Shown piece by piece: positions 38,927 through 47,711 of a DNA stretch of 64,000 bases (positions within the stretch are counted from its first letter, which is position 1; the number at the start of each line of letters is the position of its first letter). The notes beneath the pieces are model-generated. The model was not told the origin of the DNA, searched no databases, and worked only from the letters and a program-made list of their open reading frames with translations. Source of the DNA: an uncultured Clostridia bacterium (GTDB lineage Bacteria; Bacillota; Clostridia; Christensenellales; UBA1242); contig CALWEQ010000003.1 of NCBI GenBank assembly GCA_944377365.1, forward strand, positions 70,569 to 134,568, given 5' to 3'. The position numbers and the translations under genes were made by a program.

Positions 38927-39003
38927 GCAAAATGGCGTCCGAGCAAAGCGAGGACAAAGCTCTCGAGAGCTTTGGAATTTGCAAAAGCAAATTGCCATTT
39001 TGC
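38927..39003. other. 77-nt four-way-junction element: 10-bp outer stem enclosing three abutting hairpins
   Basis: Outer stem: gcaaaatggc (38927-36) pairs with gccattttgc (38994-39003). Hairpin 1 (38937-55): gtcc-GA-gc aaa gc-GA-ggac. Hairpin 2 (38956-73): the perfect palindrome aaagctctcgagagcttt. Hairpin 3 (38976-93): aatttgc aaaa gcaaatt. It lies 75-151 nt upstream of the giant gene's ATG. Confidence 0.6.
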
Positions 39004-39305
39004 GTGTTTTTAGCACGCCTTTTTATTGGCAAGCTCTTTTTTCTCCCCAAAGCATAGCTTTCACTTTTGTTTAACTTTTTTAAAAATAATTTTTCCAGAA
39101 AAATGTAGGTTTTAATTTACACTTTTATTTTAACAAAAAACCGTCTTTTTAGTCAAATAAAATCACTATAAAATATTAACGTTGAAAGAATTAAATAAAA
39201 AATTAAAATTAGAAAAACAATTGTAAACATTAACATTTTTACAAGCTTATTCTTTCCACTTTTTGTTATTTTACTATAAAGCTTTATTCAATACTGTTTA
39301 ACCTT

Positions 39306-39343
39306 AAAAAATAAATTAAATTTTAAAAAATAAATTAAATTTT
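39306..39343. repeat. Perfect 2 x 19-bp AT-rich tandem repeat
   Basis: aaaaaataaattaaatttt occurs at 39306-24 and again at 39325-43. Confidence 0.8.
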
Positions 39344-39427
39344 AATAGGATAAATTATTGTTTAATTAATTTTAGAATCTGTAAGTTTGATTTTTTTTAA
39401 TAAAAAAGAGGCTTTTGCCTCTTTAAA

Positions 39428-39601
39428 TTATTTTGATTTTTTTTGCGCCTTTTTTAACTCTGTTGTGGCTTTTTCCACTTCTTTCATAACCTTTTTTTCA
39501 CCTTGGTCAACAATCTTTTTCGCCCCTTGTGAATACTTGTATAGAAGTGCACCAGTAACGAGCCCCATACTAAAGCCCAACAACATCATAGCTTCTTTCA
39601 T
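39428..39601 (-). CDS. YtxH-like small membrane-associated protein
   Basis: Start set at MKEAMMLLGF (39601), preceded by aaggaggg. A Gly-rich TM segment is followed by a Lys/Glu helix. A terminator hairpin at 39405-24 follows. Confidence 0.45.
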   Translation of the reverse strand: MKEAMMLLGFSMGLVTGALLYKYSQGAKKIVDQGEKKVMKEVEKATTELKKAQKKSK

Positions 39602-39669
39602 ATTTCCCTCCTTGGAAATATTTTGCGCAAAAATAACAAAAATACACATTTTTTAACAAAAAATGCGGA

Positions 39670-40059
39670 TTATTCCGCATCTTTTTGCATTTTTTCTAAT
39701 CTTTTGTAGTAATCTTCTATCGCTGACTTAACTGCTTGTTCAGCCAAAATCGTTGTGTAAATTTTGTTTTGTGGAAGCTCTCCAAGCTCCTGCAAAATGT
39801 CAGCCCCTGTCAAATTTTCTGCTTCTGTCAACGTTTTTCCCTTAATCAACTCGCAAGCAACATCTGTAGAAGCAATTGCTGCACAAGAACCAAAAGTTTT
39901 AAAATGAGCTTCCTTAATTATGCCGTCTTCAACAAGTAGATATATTTTCATAACATCACTACAACTTGTTCCGCCGACCTTTCCTACTCCATTTGCGCCT
40001 TTCATTCCACCCGCATTTTGTGGATTTTGAAAAATTGCTAAAACATGCTTATTATACAT
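39670..40059 (-). CDS. nifU: Fe-S cluster assembly scaffold protein (NifU/IscU N-terminal type)
   Basis: NPQNAG..G.VGG.SCSDVMKIYL..FKTFGSCAAIAS are the conserved Cys blocks. Lies downstream of nifS. Confidence 0.85.
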   Translation of the reverse strand: MYNKHVLAIFQNPQNAGGMKGANGVGKVGGTSCSDVMKIYLLVEDGIIKEAHFKTFGSCAAIASTDVACELIKGKTLTEAENLTGADILQELGELPQNKIYTTILAEQAVKSAIEDYYKRLEKMQKDAE

Positions 40060-40062
40060 CTT

Positions 40063-41235
40063 TTATCTCCTCCCCGCTTTTGTGATAGGTGAAATTGAAC
40101 GTAATTTTTTTACTGCTTCAGTAAGTTTTTCTACGGCATAGTCTATATCCTCTTTTGAAGTGCTTTTCCCAAATGAAAATCTTATTGTGCCTTGAGCAAT
40201 TTCATCTTCAATTCCCATAGCTTTTAACACATGTGATGGTTTAAGAACATTTGAGGTGCAAGCTGATGATGTAGACACTGCAACTCCTTCAAGATCTAGC
40301 AACATCAAAAGCGATTCTCCTTCAACCATTTCAAAAGATATGCTGACAGTCCCATTGATCTTTTGATGAGGGTCTCCATTAATTTTGATGTAATCAATGT
40401 TTTCTTTAACTTTGTCTAAAAAATAATGTCTAATAGCTTTCAATTTTTGTTGGTTGACAAACATGTCACGAACAGCGATTTCTGTTGCCTTACCAAATCC
40501 AGCAATAGCTGGAGTGTTTAGCGTTCCTCCACGTTTTCCTCGCTCTTGATTTCCACCTGAAATCAAAGGTTCAATTTTTATGCCGTTTTTTAAGTAAAGA
40601 GCGCCACAGCCTTTTGGCCCATAAATCTTGTGTGCTGAAATACTCAATGCATCAATTTCCATATCCTGAACGTCTAATTTAATAGCCCCCAATGCTTGAA
40701 CTGCATCGGTATGAAACAACACCCCTTTTTCATGTGCGATTTTAGCAATGGTTTTTAAATTTTGAATTGTTCCCACTTCATTATTTACAGCCATGATCGA
40801 AACAAGAATTGTGTCTTTTCTTAGTTCTCTCAAAAGACTTGGCACACTTACTATGCCGTTTTCATCAACAGGCAGATAAGTGATTTCATAACCCTCTGCT
40901 TTCAAAGCTTCACAAGCTTCCAACACAGATTGATGTTCTATTTTTGATGTAATGATATGCTTTCCTTTGCCTGCGTAACTGTGCGCAATTCCTTTTATAG
41001 CCATAGTGTTTGCTTCGCAACCACCCGATGTGAAATAAATTTCATTTGAATTTTTGGCATTTATAGCGCTTGCAACACGATCACGTGCCCTGTCGACTAT
41101 TGCACTGGCGTCGCGACCAAAACTGTGTAAAGAACTTGTGTTTCCATAAATAGTGTTGAAACATGGCAACATTTCATTTAACACTTCACTGGAAACAAAA
41201 GTTGTTGCAGCAAAGTCAAGATAAACTTTTTTCAC
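40063..41235 (-). CDS. nifS: Cysteine desulfurase NifS
   Basis: YLDFAATT, SAHKIYGPKG (PLP Lys) and the SSACTS active-site Cys. A likely GTG start (VKKVYLD) at 41235 follows aaaggag. Confidence 0.88.
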   Translation of the reverse strand: MKKVYLDFAATTFVSSEVLNEMLPCFNTIYGNTSSLHSFGRDASAIVDRARDRVASAINAKNSNEIYFTSGGCEANTMAIKGIAHSYAGKGKHIITSKIEHQSVLEACEALKAEGYEITYLPVDENGIVSVPSLLRELRKDTILVSIMAVNNEVGTIQNLKTIAKIAHEKGVLFHTDAVQALGAIKLDVQDMEIDALSISAHKIYGPKGCGALYLKNGIKIEPLISGGNQERGKRGGTLNTPAIAGFGKATEIAVRDMFVNQQKLKAIRHYFLDKVKENIDYIKINGDPHQKINGTVSISFEMVEGESLLMLLDLEGVAVSTSSACTSNVLKPSHVLKAMGIEDEIAQGTIRFSFGKSTSKEDIDYAVEKLTEAVKKLRSISPITKAGRR

Positions 41236-41335
41236 AATAGTATCTCCTTTTATGCTTAATTTTAGCACTAAAATGCCCATAAGTCAATATAAAAGTTTAA
41301 ATTTGTTGCAAAAAAAAGCAAACTTTTAAGTTTGC

Positions 41336-41641
41336 TTAGTTTGCTGAGTCATAAAAATTTATAAGATCTTCGCTTTGCATAAGCCCTACATGCTTTTTTA
41401 CTAACTTCCCATCTTTCAAAAGAATAAGTGTTGGAATTGACATAACGCCAAAGCTTCGAGCAATGTTTGGATTTTGGTCTACGTCAACTTTTGCAATATT
41501 AATGTCTGGCCTAACTTTTGCAACCTCTTCTAAAACTGTTGATTGAATTCTACAAGGTCCACACCATGTGGCAAATAGATCAACTAGCACAACGCCTGAC
41601 CTAGTTTCCTCTAAAAAATTCTTTTCATTAATATGATTCAT
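41336..41641 (-). CDS. trxA: Thioredoxin
   Basis: WCGPC active site. Start at MNHINEK (41641) after aaggagg. Confidence 0.9.
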   Translation of the reverse strand: MNHINEKNFLEETRSGVVLVDLFATWCGPCRIQSTVLEEVAKVRPDINIAKVDVDQNPNIARSFGVMSIPTLILLKDGKLVKKHVGLMQSEDLINFYDSAN

Positions 41642-41651
41642 ATTCTCCTCC

Positions 41652-42944
41652 TTATAACACATATTTTTTAAGATCAAACTTGCGTTTCGTCTCTTTAAAA
41701 GCTTTTTGAACGTATGCTTTATCTATGACAACTTCTAACATAGGGTGATTTCCACTGGCGTTAAAAGATATGTCCTCTAATAATAATTCCATTACGGTAT
41801 GCAATCTTCTGGCTCCAATATTTTCGCTGGTTTCATTTTCCTGAAAGGCTATTGACGCAATTTCATCAAGAGCATCATCAGTAAAACTTAATTTTATGTT
41901 GTCGACTTCAAGTAACGATGTGTACTGCAACGTTACAGCGTTTTTTGTTTGTGAAAGAATTTGTTTAAAATCTTTTTCAGTAAGACTGTCAAGGTCGACT
42001 CTGATTGGAAATCTACCTTGGAGCTCAGGAATCATATCTTCGATTTTCGAAACATGAAATGCCCCTGATGCGATAAATAATATAAAGTCAGTTTTTATAT
42101 TGCCATATTTTGTAGAAACAGTGCAACCTTCAACAATTGGCAGAATATCCCTTTGCACGCCTTCACGCGAAACATCTTGAGAGTTATTGTTTGAAACGCC
42201 TATGATTTTGTCTATTTCATCAATGAAAATTATTCCCTCTTCTTCCGCACGCCTAATTGCTTCTGAACTGATGTTGTCCATATCAATCAACTTGTCACTC
42301 TCTTCATTCATCAAAATTTCTCGTGCACGATTAACACTCATTTTTTTGTTTTTTCTTCTTTGAGGCAAAAGTCCATCAAACATTGATCCCAAATTAATCT
42401 CCGGCCCACCTATCGCAACTATTGGCTTTGGCGCTTCAGCGACGTTGATGTTGATCAGCTCTTCTTCCAAATCCCCTTGCAACAACTGTTGCTTTATCTG
42501 TTCTCTGTCTGCAACAACGTTTTCTGCTTGGCGTGATTGCATAATTGCATCAACAAGTTTGTTTGTAACGATTGGCGCAACCTTTGATTCTACTTCGTGT
42601 TGTTTTTCATCTTTCACCATTCGAACAGACATTTCAACTAGGTCTCTGACCATGCTTTCAACGTCTCTTCCAACATAGCCCACTTCCGTATATTTTGTGG
42701 CTTCAACTTTAATAAATGGTGCCTTAACTAGTTTAGCAAGTCTTCTTGCTATTTCAGTCTTGCCTACACCCGTTGGCCCACGCATAATGATGTTTTTGGG
42801 CGTTATCTCTTCTCGTAATTCCTTTGAAAGTTTACTACGGCGATATCTATTTCTAAGAGCAATTGCAACAGCACGTTTGGCTTTGTTTTGGCCAATAATG
42901 TACTTATCAAGCTCGCTTACTATTTGTTTTGGTGTAAATTGCAT
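41652..42944 (-). CDS. hslU: ATP-dependent protease ATPase subunit HslU
   Basis: TPKQIVSELDKYIIGQNKAKRAVAIALRNRYRR, Walker A GPTGVGKTEIARRLA and IIFIDEIDKI. Confidence 0.93.
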   Translation of the reverse strand: MQFTPKQIVSELDKYIIGQNKAKRAVAIALRNRYRRSKLSKELREEITPKNIIMRGPTGVGKTEIARRLAKLVKAPFIKVEATKYTEVGYVGRDVESMVRDLVEMSVRMVKDEKQHEVESKVAPIVTNKLVDAIMQSRQAENVVADREQIKQQLLQGDLEEELININVAEAPKPIVAIGGPEINLGSMFDGLLPQRRKNKKMSVNRAREILMNEESDKLIDMDNISSEAIRRAEEEGIIFIDEIDKIIGVSNNNSQDVSREGVQRDILPIVEGCTVSTKYGNIKTDFILFIASGAFHVSKIEDMIPELQGRFPIRVDLDSLTEKDFKQILSQTKNAVTLQYTSLLEVDNIKLSFTDDALDEIASIAFQENETSENIGARRLHTVMELLLEDISFNASGNHPMLEVVIDKAYVQKAFKETKRKFDLKKYVL

Positions 42945-42956
42945 AATGCTTCTCCT

Positions 42957-43496
42957 TTAAAATATTTCTTCAACAATAATGTTGTCATTTGTAAAAACAC
43001 AAATTTCGCTGGCTATTTTAAGAGCTTTAAATGCAATGTCCTTAGCAGAAAAGTTTGTGTTTTGTTTAAGTGCTTTGGCGGCCGCAAGTGCGTAATTCCC
43101 ACCGGAACCTATTGCACAAACATCATCTTGTGGTTCTATAACATCCCCTGCCCCAGACAATATTAAAAGAGTGTCTTTGTCAGCAACTATCATCATTGCA
43201 TCAAGTTTGTGCATAATCTTATCTTCACGCCAAAGTTGAGCAAGAGCAACTGCGCTTCGCATCAAATTGCCAGAATATTTGTTTAGCATTTCTTCAAATC
43301 TTTCTGACAATGAAAACGCATCAGCGACGCTTCCAGCAAAGCCAATTATCACCTTGTCATCATATATTCTTCTAACTTTCTTTGCGTTATTTTTAAAAAT
43401 AACCGAATTAGAAAGGGTAACTTGACCATCACCTGCAATAGCAATTTTACCATCTCTTTTTACTGCACATATCGTTGTGCCATGCATTTCTTGCAT
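42957..43496 (-). CDS. hslV: ATP-dependent protease subunit HslV (CodW-like)
   Basis: [33 protein letters not shown]. Start at the ATG at 43496, 6 nt after AAGGAGG. Confidence 0.9.
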   Translation of the reverse strand: MQEMHGTTICAVKRDGKIAIAGDGQVTLSNSVIFKNNAKKVRRIYDDKVIIGFAGSVADAFSLSERFEEMLNKYSGNLMRSAVALAQLWREDKIMHKLDAMMIVADKDTLLILSGAGDVIEPQDDVCAIGSGGNYALAAAKALKQNTNFSAKDIAFKALKIASEICVFTNDNIIVEEIF

Positions 43497-44577
43497 CAAA
43501 GTCCTCCTTAAATTTAATAAGCAATCTTTTGCTTACGTTTTCATCTATATTTTTAATTATATCACATTTATTTTCAATTTCAGTCAAATTAAATTGGTTT
43601 TTTGAAAATAATTTGTCAATCGAATTTGCAAGAAGCGTGTTTCTAGGAAAGCTAACATGTTTTTGTCTGTTTAAATAAGCAAGCATATTGAGTGCCACTA
43701 AATGACCAGTCGCTATTGCCTCGAAACTGTTTTCTGCCCCTATAACGCTTCCTGCAAAAAACAAATTTGGTCGAGATTTGCTTTGTAAAAACTCATTTAA
43801 GACCAACCCAGCATTTAAATGCGTGCAAGGCACAACTGATGAGTACCTTTCGATTTTCACACCGTCACCGAAAAGAAATTTTAAAATTGCGTTTTGGGCG
43901 TTATGTGGCAATCCCGAACAAAAATTTAACAGCATAAATCCTTTGTCAACCTTTTGCAGTTTAACGCAGGCATATTCAACCTGATTGGAGACTATCGGTC
44001 TTAAAACTTTTGCTCTTAACATTTCAACACCAACTCTTGCCCATCTTTCCACCGTGTCAATTTGCGTGTCACTACGAAAGTAGTTTATTGCATTTTTTAA
44101 CTGCTTCGTTTTCTCTTTAGTCAAAGGCAAAACGTAAAGTTCACCTCTTTTTACAAGTTTTTCTTCAACTCCTGTTATTATTGGGCATTCAGGTTTAAAG
44201 TCAAAACATTTTGTTTCACCAAAGGTGTCCTTCAACTGTTTAAAAAGCTGAGGATCTGTTTGACTGCCTGTTGCAATAATAGTGGGCTCTAACAACGAAA
44301 TTTCTGTAATTTTCTTATTAAAGTAACTTAAATTTTTAACATTTGCCCAAATGCTTTCAAATTCTTCTTGACTAATCGGCAAATTATCCAATTTTTCTTT
44401 CAACGCGACACTTACAAACACAAGCTCTCTTTGCAAACTATCATTCTTTTTTTCATCAAAATTCTGCGCCTCATTTTTTTTGTCAAATAGGTGCACTTTT
44501 ATTCCATATTTTGCAAGAGTTAAACCTGCCTCAGTCCCAGCATATCCTCCGCCAATTATGTTTACAACTTGTTCCAT
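43447..44577 (-). CDS. TrmFO/Gid-like FAD-dependent protein, short divergent form
   Basis: The FAD motif [13 protein letters not shown] and the C-terminal [19 protein letters not shown] resemble TrmFO, and topA-trmFO-hslVU synteny matches Bacillus. The start forms a TAATG overlap with the topA stop. It is only ~376 aa and its 3' end overlaps hslV. Confidence 0.55.
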   Translation of the reverse strand: MEQVVNIIGGGYAGTEAGLTLAKYGIKVHLFDKKNEAQNFDEKKNDSLQRELVFVSVALKEKLDNLPISQEEFESIWANVKNLSYFNKKITEISLLEPTIIATGSQTDPQLFKQLKDTFGETKCFDFKPECPIITGVEEKLVKRGELYVLPLTKEKTKQLKNAINYFRSDTQIDTVERWARVGVEMLRAKVLRPIVSNQVEYACVKLQKVDKGFMLLNFCSGLPHNAQNAILKFLFGDGVKIERYSSVVPCTHLNAGLVLNEFLQSKSRPNLFFAGSVIGAENSFEAIATGHLVALNMLAYLNRQKHVSFPRNTLLANSIDKLFSKNQFNLTEIENKCDIIKNIDENVSKRLLIKFKEDFDARNAWHNDMCSKKRW

Positions 44578-46625
44578 TAATCCTGCCTTTGTTTGCACTC
44601 ACTACAAATTTTTTGCTTGTTTTTTATAATAATTGCTCCGCCACAATTTGAGCATTTTTCACCTGTCGTTGGATACCAACTCATAAACTTGCACTCAGGA
44701 TAACCTGAACAAGAAAAGAAAACTTTACCGCGCTTACTTTTCCTTTCGACCATATCTTTGCCACATTCTGGGCATTTTCCTACAACTTTTTTCTCTTCTT
44801 CAAATTGTTTAATATTTCTGCATTTAGGAAAGTTTGAGCAACCTAAAAATTTGCCATATTTGCCTTCTCTAATAAGCATTTTATGACCACATTTTTCGCA
44901 AATGATGTCGGTCTCAACTGGTTCTGCACGCAACGAATATCCCGACGAATCAGACGCTAAAAGTAATTTTGAAAATCCATTCCAAAAGCTTTCCACAACT
45001 TCATGCCAATCTTCTCCATTGCTAGCAATATCATCTAGTCGCTGTTCCATATGGGCTGTAAATTTGACGTTGATTACAGAACTGAAAAATTTTTCCAAAT
45101 ATTCCACTACTTTTCGCCCGAGATCTGTTGGGATAAGCTGTTTGCCTTCTTTTGAAACATATTCACGCGAAGACAAAACCATTATTGTGGCAGCATAAGT
45201 AGCAGGTCTACCAATGCCTTTTTCTTCCATGGCTTTAACCAAGCTAGCCTCCGTATATCTAGCAGGTGGCTTTGTAAATTTTTGTTCAGCTTTCAACTGA
45301 TTTACATCAACACTTTCTCCTTCATCCAATTTTGGCAGTTTTGAAATTTCTTGTTTTTCATCTCCCTCGTATTCTTTGTAAGCAGCGGTGTATCCTGCAA
45401 ACTCTTGAGTTTTTCCAACCGCTTTAAAATCATAATTTTGACACGTCAAATTGGCAGTCACGTTAGAATAAACTGCTTCACTCATTTGGCTAGCCAAAAA
45501 TCTTTCGTAAATTAGTTTGTAAAGTTTGTAATTATCCGCAGAAAGAGATTGTTTAACCTTTTCTGGTGTCATATTCATATTGATAGGACGAATTGCTTCG
45601 TGAGCATCCTGCGCATTTTGTTTTGTTGCATAGATGTTTGGTTTTTCGGGAACGTACTTTTCCCCATAAACCTTTCTTGCGAATTCTCGACATGCATTTT
45701 GTGCATCTTGTGATACACGAGTTGAGTCGGTTCTTATATAAGTTATTAGTGCAATTTTTCCTTCACCTGCAATATCAACACCTTCATAGAGTTGTTGAGC
45801 TGACTGTGTAGTCCTTTTAATGCTAAGACCTGCCTTATTTAAAGCGTCTTGTTGCATTGTCGAAGTCGTAAAAGGAGCAGGAGCATGTGATTTTGTCACA
45901 CTTCGCTTAATGTTAGAAACTTCAAACTTTTTACCAGAAACGTCATTTACAACTTCATCAGCTTGTTGCTTATTTTTGGGCACAAACTTTTTGCCATTTT
46001 TCTTTTCAAGTGAGGCTTTAAAATTATCTTTGCCTTTTTGCATGATCGCAGAGATATTCCAATATTCTTCTGGAACGAAAGCTTCAATTTCTTTTTCTCT
46101 GTCAACCACAAGTTTTAAAGCAACAGACTGGACTCTTCCTGCACTTAAACGAGGTTTTATCTTCTTGCACAAAATAGGTGAAAGTTTGTATCCAACAATT
46201 CTGTCAAGCACTCTTCGAGCCTGTTGAGCATCAACTAGTTTAAGATCGATGGCACGAGGTTTTGTCAAAGCATTTTGCACAGCTTTTTGGGAGATTTCGT
46301 GAAACTCAATCCTACACTTTTTTTCTGGTGGAAGTCCCAAAACATATGCTATATGCCATGAAATAGCTTCCCCTTCTCTATCCGGGTCAGTTGCAATAAA
46401 AACTTTATCAGCCTTTTCTGCTTTGCGTTTTAATTCATTAATCAATTCCTTTTTTTCAGGCATGATTTGATAAATAGGTTCAAACCTATTTTTTACATCT
46501 AATCCATAACTTTTTTGAGGCAGATCACGAATATGCCCTTTTGTTGCAAAAACATCATAGCCTTCGCCAAGATATTTTTTTAAGGTTTCTCTTTTAGCTG
46601 GTGCTTCTATAATAACAAGATTCAA
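44577..46625 (-). CDS. topA: DNA topoisomerase I
   Basis: TOPRIM N-terminus (LVIIEAPAKRETLKKYLG, ATDPDREGEAISWH), the YIRTDS active-site Tyr block and C-terminal CxxC zinc fingers. TTG start 6 nt after GGAGG. Confidence 0.95.
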   Translation of the reverse strand: MNLVIIEAPAKRETLKKYLGEGYDVFATKGHIRDLPQKSYGLDVKNRFEPIYQIMPEKKELINELKRKAEKADKVFIATDPDREGEAISWHIAYVLGLPPEKKCRIEFHEISQKAVQNALTKPRAIDLKLVDAQQARRVLDRIVGYKLSPILCKKIKPRLSAGRVQSVALKLVVDREKEIEAFVPEEYWNISAIMQKGKDNFKASLEKKNGKKFVPKNKQQADEVVNDVSGKKFEVSNIKRSVTKSHAPAPFTTSTMQQDALNKAGLSIKRTTQSAQQLYEGVDIAGEGKIALITYIRTDSTRVSQDAQNACREFARKVYGEKYVPEKPNIYATKQNAQDAHEAIRPINMNMTPEKVKQSLSADNYKLYKLIYERFLASQMSEAVYSNVTANLTCQNYDFKAVGKTQEFAGYTAAYKEYEGDEKQEISKLPKLDEGESVDVNQLKAEQKFTKPPARYTEASLVKAMEEKGIGRPATYAATIMVLSSREYVSKEGKQLIPTDLGRKVVEYLEKFFSSVINVKFTAHMEQRLDDIASNGEDWHEVVESFWNGFSKLLLASDSSGYSLRAEPVETDIICEKCGHKMLIREGKYGKFLGCSNFPKCRNIKQFEEEKKVVGKCPECGKDMVERKSKRGKVFFSCSGYPECKFMSWYPTTGEKCSNCGGAIIIKNKQKICSECKQRQD

Positions 46626-46635
46626 ATTTTTCCTC

Positions 46636-47697
46636 CTAGCTCAGTGAATACAATCCACCAGGCAATCGTTTAATTATACCTTTTATTTCTAATGTTGTCA
46701 AAAGACTGTTTAGCTTGTTTATGTTTAATTTAGTTTTTAATTGAATTTCATCTATATCACTGCAAGCATCTTTTAACTTGTCCACTATCAAAGCTTCATC
46801 TATTGACAGCTGTTGCGACACCTTTTTTTTCTTAACGAGCCCCAAATCGTCAATAATAGACTGCGGATCAATAGCGCAAATGCCCTGCATAGAGGCAATC
46901 AACGCGTTCGTTCCTTCACTTTTGGTTGATGTGATATTCCCTGGCACAGCATAAATAGGCACACCATAATCCAATGCAAAGTCTTTTGTTATGGTTGTCC
47001 CACTTTTCGCACCTGCCTCAGTAATAAGTAATGCATCACTTATTCCTGCAACTATTCTATTCCTTTGTGGAAAAAGATATTTCACAGATTTTACATCTGG
47101 CCTGTGCTCTGTTAAAACAAGTCCTTTTGTTGCAATCTCACAAAATAATGAATAATTTTCTTGTGGATAGATGTTGTTAAACCCACCTGCTAAAACGGCC
47201 ACCGTCTTACCATTTTCTTCTAGTGCTTTTCTGTGCGCAATGCTGTCAACTCCATAGGCAAGCCCACTGACAATCACACCTCCTGCTAAAGCTAATTCCT
47301 TTGCAAATCTTTCCGTTACAGTAATGCCATATGGGCTTGGCATTCTTGTGCCCACAATAGCCACACATTTATCATTTAAAAGTGAAAGATCACCTTTGTA
47401 AAAGATGTAATAAGGTGGATCGTCAACATGAAGAAGCTTTTCTGGGAAATCTTCGTCAGCTCTTGTAATAATTTTGATATCTAGTGCATTTAATTTTTCA
47501 ATATATGCTGTTAAAAATTTTTCGTTTGCTTTTTTAACAATAGTAAAATAATCTTCATGAAGAACTTTTTCCAGCTCATCTTCATTTACAAATTTTTCAA
47601 AAGAAAAATCCTCTGCCATTATGTCCAAAATTTTTGAAATTTTAGTATTTGACAGTTCAAAAGCGGATAAAAACCTTAAAAAATCTGTTTTTTTCAT
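46636..47697 (-). CDS. dprA: DNA processing protein DprA
   Basis: VAIVGTRMPSPYG, SGLAYGVDSIAHRKAL and TEAGAKSGT blocks. Confidence 0.88.
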   Translation of the reverse strand: MKKTDFLRFLSAFELSNTKISKILDIMAEDFSFEKFVNEDELEKVLHEDYFTIVKKANEKFLTAYIEKLNALDIKIITRADEDFPEKLLHVDDPPYYIFYKGDLSLLNDKCVAIVGTRMPSPYGITVTERFAKELALAGGVIVSGLAYGVDSIAHRKALEENGKTVAVLAGGFNNIYPQENYSLFCEIATKGLVLTEHRPDVKSVKYLFPQRNRIVAGISDALLITEAGAKSGTTITKDFALDYGVPIYAVPGNITSTKSEGTNALIASMQGICAIDPQSIIDDLGLVKKKKVSQQLSIDEALIVDKLKDACSDIDEIQLKTKLNINKLNSLLTTLEIKGIIKRLPGGLYSLS

Positions 47698-47711
47698 CTT
47701 TCCTCTTAGAA

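Noticed and set aside
38927-39003. Considered that the 77-nt cloverleaf-sized element is a tRNA or tRNA-like gene, or an invertible promoter (inverton).
   Set aside because: It has no T-loop (GTTCRA), D-loop or 7-nt anticodon-loop geometry, and no CCA or discriminator context. For an inverton, the 57-nt interior is too small to carry a recognisable promoter and no recombinase gene is nearby.
38818-39057. 79-aa plus-strand ORF spanning the start of the giant gene and the structured intergenic element.
   Set aside because: It overlaps the N-terminus of the 1538-aa gene on the other strand, has no SD and gives a low-complexity translation. The inverted-repeat element explains the region better.
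39306-39343. The 2 x 19-bp tandem repeat, considered as a CRISPR-like or regulatory iteron array.
   Set aside because: There are only two directly abutting copies of pure A/T low-complexity sequence, with no spacers and no cas or rep genes. Replication slippage in an AT-rich spacer is the likely cause.
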